DNA of 64,000 bases, taken from contig OZ220480.1 of NCBI GenBank assembly GCA_965116025.1, forward strand, positions 1,504,001-1,568,000, given 5' to 3'. The stretch is from an uncultured candidatus Porisulfidus sp. (GTDB taxonomy: Bacteria > Pseudomonadota > Gammaproteobacteria > Poriferisulfidales > Poriferisulfidaceae). Positions 61,248 to 64,000 of this stretch are shown here, in pieces. Position numbers and translations under genes: made by a program. Numbering within the stretch: the first letter of the stretch is position 1; each line of letters begins with the position of its first letter. The notes below the pieces were generated by a model. The model saw only the letters and a list, made by a program, of their open reading frames with translations. It did not search any database and was not told the origin of the DNA.

Positions 61248-62710
61248 GCCCTCAGGCCCGGCTGTCGGAATTGCTTGGCGAGCGGATTCCCGCCGACCGC
61301 GACCGCGTCGTCTCCGGCATTCGCGACCGGAGCTCCGCGATTCGTCCCGGCGACCTTTTCGCGGCCCGCCGGGGCATGCGGCGGCACGGTCTCGAGGGGC
61401 TGTCCGAGGCGCTCGGGCGCGGCGCCGCCGCGGTGATCTACGAGCCGGAGCCGGGGCGGCCGGCCCCGCGCGCGGACGTCCCGTGCGTGGCGGTGCCGGA
61501 TCTGGGGCGCTCGCTGAGCGGAATCGCCGGGCGCTTCTATCGCGACCCCTCCGCCCGGTTGCCGGTGGTCGGGGTCACCGGCACCGACGGCAAGACCTCG
61601 ACCAGCCACCTCATCGCGCAGATCCTGGATTCGCTCGGCCAATCCTGCGGCGTGATCGGCACGCTGGGCGCGGGCCGGCTTGGCCGCCTGCGCGCCGGCG
61701 GCCTCACCACGCCGGACGCGGTCCGGCTGCAGGCGGAGCTGTTCGGCATGACCCGGCGCGGCGACGCGGTGGCGGTGCTGGAGGTCTCCTCGCACGCCCT
61801 CGACCAACGCCGTTGCGACGGGATCCGGTTCGACACGGCGGTCTTCACCACGCTGGGACGCGATCATCTCGACTACCACCGGACGCCGGAGCGCTACGCC
61901 GCGGCCAAGCGGCGCCTGTTTCTGGACCTCGCTCCCCGCCGCGCGGTGCTCAATGTGGACGATCCGTTCGGGCGCGAGCTGGCGGAGAGGATGGGACCCG
62001 AGACGCGGGTCCATGCCTGCGCGATCGATGGGGACGCCGAGTCCACCGCGCGCGTCACCGCCATGACGCCCGAAGGACTCCGCTTCGAGTGGACCGCCGG
62101 AGGCGAGACTCGCGCGGCGCGGGCGCCGGGCCTGTACGGACGCTTCAACGTGATGAATCTGTTGCTGTCGGCGACCGTCGCGCGGGCGCTCGGAACGCCG
62201 ATGGAGCGGGTGGCGGCGGCGATGGAGGGGCTGTCGCCGGCGCCGGGGCGGTTGCAGCGCGTCCCTGGCGCGGCGGCGCCGGTGTTCATCGACTACGCGC
62301 ATACCCCCGGCGCGCTGGAGGCGGCGCTCGGCGCGCTGCGCGAGCATTTCGGAGCGGAGATCCATTGCGTGTTCGGCTGCGGCGGGGAGCGCGACCGCGG
62401 GAAGCGCCCGCGGATGGGCGCGGTGGCGGCGCGGCTGGCCGCCCGCGTGACCCTGACCGACGACAACCCGCGCGGCGAATCCCCCGCGCGCATCGTTCAA
62501 GATATTCTCGCGGGCGTTCCCGACCCGGACCGGATCGAGATTCGGCACGACCGCGCGGAGGCGATTCGCGCGGCGACGCGGGCGGTGCGTCCCGGCGACG
62601 CGGTGCTGATCGCGGGCAAGGGGCACGAGACGGAGCAATGGGTCGGAGGGGAGGCGCGGCCGTTCTCGGATATCGCCGTCGCCCGCGCGGCGCTGGAGGC
62701 GGACGCGTGA
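61244..62710 (+). CDS. murE: UDP-MurNAc-tripeptide synthetase (meso-DAP)
   Basis: GVTGTDGKTS, LTTPD, EVSSH, DHLDYH, DYAHTP, GCGGERD, DNPR, AGKGHE. Confidence 0.95.
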   Translation: MSPQARLSELLGERIPADRDRVVSGIRDRSSAIRPGDLFAARRGMRRHGLEGLSEALGRGAAAVIYEPEPGRPAPRADVPCVAVPDLGRSLSGIAGRFYRDPSARLPVVGVTGTDGKTSTSHLIAQILDSLGQSCGVIGTLGAGRLGRLRAGGLTTPDAVRLQAELFGMTRRGDAVAVLEVSSHALDQRRCDGIRFDTAVFTTLGRDHLDYHRTPERYAAAKRRLFLDLAPRRAVLNVDDPFGRELAERMGPETRVHACAIDGDAESTARVTAMTPEGLRFEWTAGGETRAARAPGLYGRFNVMNLLLSATVARALGTPMERVAAAMEGLSPAPGRLQRVPGAAAPVFIDYAHTPGALEAALGALREHFGAEIHCVFGCGGERDRGKRPRMGAVAARLAARVTLTDDNPRGESPARIVQDILAGVPDPDRIEIRHDRAEAIRAATRAVRPGDAVLIAGKGHETEQWVGGEARPFSDIAVARAALEADA

Positions 62711-64000
62711 AGGGCATGCGCCTCGCCCGCCTGGCGGCGTGGGCCGGCGGCGCGCTCAAGGGCGCGGACGGTCCGGTCGCCGGCGTGTCGGTGGATAGCC
62801 GGACCTTGCGCGAGGGCGAGCTGTTCGTGGCCCTGCGCGGCCGGAACTTCGACGGGCACGACTTCGCCGCGCGCTGCGCCGGGCGCGCCGCCGGGGTCTT
62901 GGTGGCGCGGGATATCGCCGTCGACTGCCCGCGAATCCTGGCGCCGGACCCGCTGGGCGCGCTGCAGCGCGTGGCCGCGGCCTGGAGGGCCGAGCGCCGC
63001 GTCGACGTGGCCGGGATCACCGGCAGCAACGGCAAGACCACCACTAAGGAGATGACCGCGGCCATTCTGGGCGAGGCTGGCCGTTGTCTGGCGACGAGGG
63101 GCAACCGGAACAACCACATCGGCGTGCCGCTGACGCTGCTCGAGCTCGACGACGGGCATCGCCGCGCGGTCGTCGAGATGGGCGCCAGCGGTCCCGACGA
63201 GATCCGCCGGCTGACGGCCCTGGCGCGGCCGCGCGCGGCCGCGATCACTTGCGCGGCGGCGGCGCATCTGGAGGGATTCGGCAGTCTGCGCGGCGTGGCC
63301 CGCGCGAAGGCCGAGATTTTCGAGGGGCTGGGGCCCGAGGGCGTCGCGGTGATCAACGCCGAGGACGCTTTCGCCGCTGAATGGCGCGCCGCGGCCGGAG
63401 GACGGGCGACGCTGGAGTTCTCCGCCGACCCAGGCGTGGAGGCGGACGTCCGGGCCCGACTCTCGGCCCCGTCCCGGCTGGAATTGCGCCGTGGCGGCGA
63501 GCGAGTCGAGATCGAGTGGCGGCTTGAGGGAACGCATAACGCGCGCAATGCGGCGTGCGCGGTGGCGCTGGCGGTGGCGCTAGGGCGGCCGTTCGCCGCG
63601 GCGGCGCGAGCCCTTTCGGGATTTCGGCTCGAGGTCGGCGGCCGGCTTCGCAGGGTGCCGGGCGTCGGCGGCGCGCGACTGATCGACGATAGCTATAACG
63701 CCAACCCCGGCTCGTTCCGCGCCGCCATCGACGTGCTGGTGGCGCAGGACGCGGAGCCCTGGGTGGTCATGGGGGAGATGAGGGAGCTCGGCGCGCGCGG
63801 CGCGGAGTGTCACGAGGAGGTGGCGAAATACGCGCGCGCGGCCGGCGTGCGCCGCCTCTACGCGTTGGGCCCGCATGCCGAGCGCGCCGCGCGCGCGTTC
63901 GGCCCGGGCGGCCGGGTCTGCGCGGGCCTGGACGCGCTGGCGGCGGAACTGCGTCCGCGGCTCGATCCCCGCTGCGCGGTGCTGATCAAGGGCTCCCGCT
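62707..64000 (+). CDS. murF: UDP-MurNAc-tripeptide:D-Ala-D-Ala ligase (runs off window)
   Basis: GTG at 62707; DSR, GITGSNGKTTTKEM, NNHIGVPLTL, EMG, HLEGFG, DDSYNANP, LIKGSR. Confidence 0.95.
   Translation, partial: MKGMRLARLAAWAGGALKGADGPVAGVSVDSRTLREGELFVALRGRNFDGHDFAARCAGRAAGVLVARDIAVDCPRILAPDPLGALQRVAAAWRAERRVDVAGITGSNGKTTTKEMTAAILGEAGRCLATRGNRNNHIGVPLTLLELDDGHRRAVVEMGASGPDEIRRLTALARPRAAAITCAAAAHLEGFGSLRGVARAKAEIFEGLGPEGVAVINAEDAFAAEWRAAAGGRATLEFSADPGVEADVRARLSAPSRLELRRGGERVEIEWRLEGTHNARNAACAVALAVALGRPFAAAARALSGFRLEVGGRLRRVPGVGGARLIDDSYNANPGSFRAAIDVLVAQDAEPWVVMGEMRELGARGAECHEEVAKYARAAGVRRLYALGPHAERAARAFGPGGRVCAGLDALAAELRPRLDPRCAVLIKGSR

Overview
This is a high-GC gammaproteobacterial chromosome segment (16S/23S rRNA and gene orders), tightly packed with many ATGA/GTGA overlaps. 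It is mostly core genome: kdsA (partial); mgtE-ptsI-ptsH-EIIA-rapZ-ptsN-hpf; lptB-lptC/A-kdsC-kdsD-yrbG; an MMPL/RND exporter; orn and nadB; rpoE-rseA-rseB-degP-lepA; a complete rrn operon (16S-tRNA-Ile-tRNA-Ala-23S-5S); birA-coaX; pntAA/AB/B; rmuC-gph-ubiG; a TonB2-type operon; copAB; lpoA, rsmI, rnpB; and the start of the dcw cluster (mraZ to murF). Small 1-3 kb accessory cassettes with no integrase or transposase are scattered through it. (i) An AbiEi/AbiEii type IV toxin-antitoxin (TA) pair with a perfect 23-bp inverted-repeat operator sits where rpoN normally lies, and its toxin appears internally deleted. (ii) A second, intact AbiE pair is bracketed by a 316-bp direct duplication of the coaX 3' end. 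(iii) A Fic gene carries twin palindromes. (iv) A solo AAA-wHTH ATPase splits ubiG-gph. (v) An HNH/Vsr/HigA islet lies just before the rrn promoter. Other oddities are a natural LptC-LptA fusion, a 6TM channel with a TFDDW (Ca2+-type) filter, and divergent genes whose start codons overlap (CATG). No CRISPR array, prophage or IS element was seen. All calls come from motif recognition by eye; no database searches were run.
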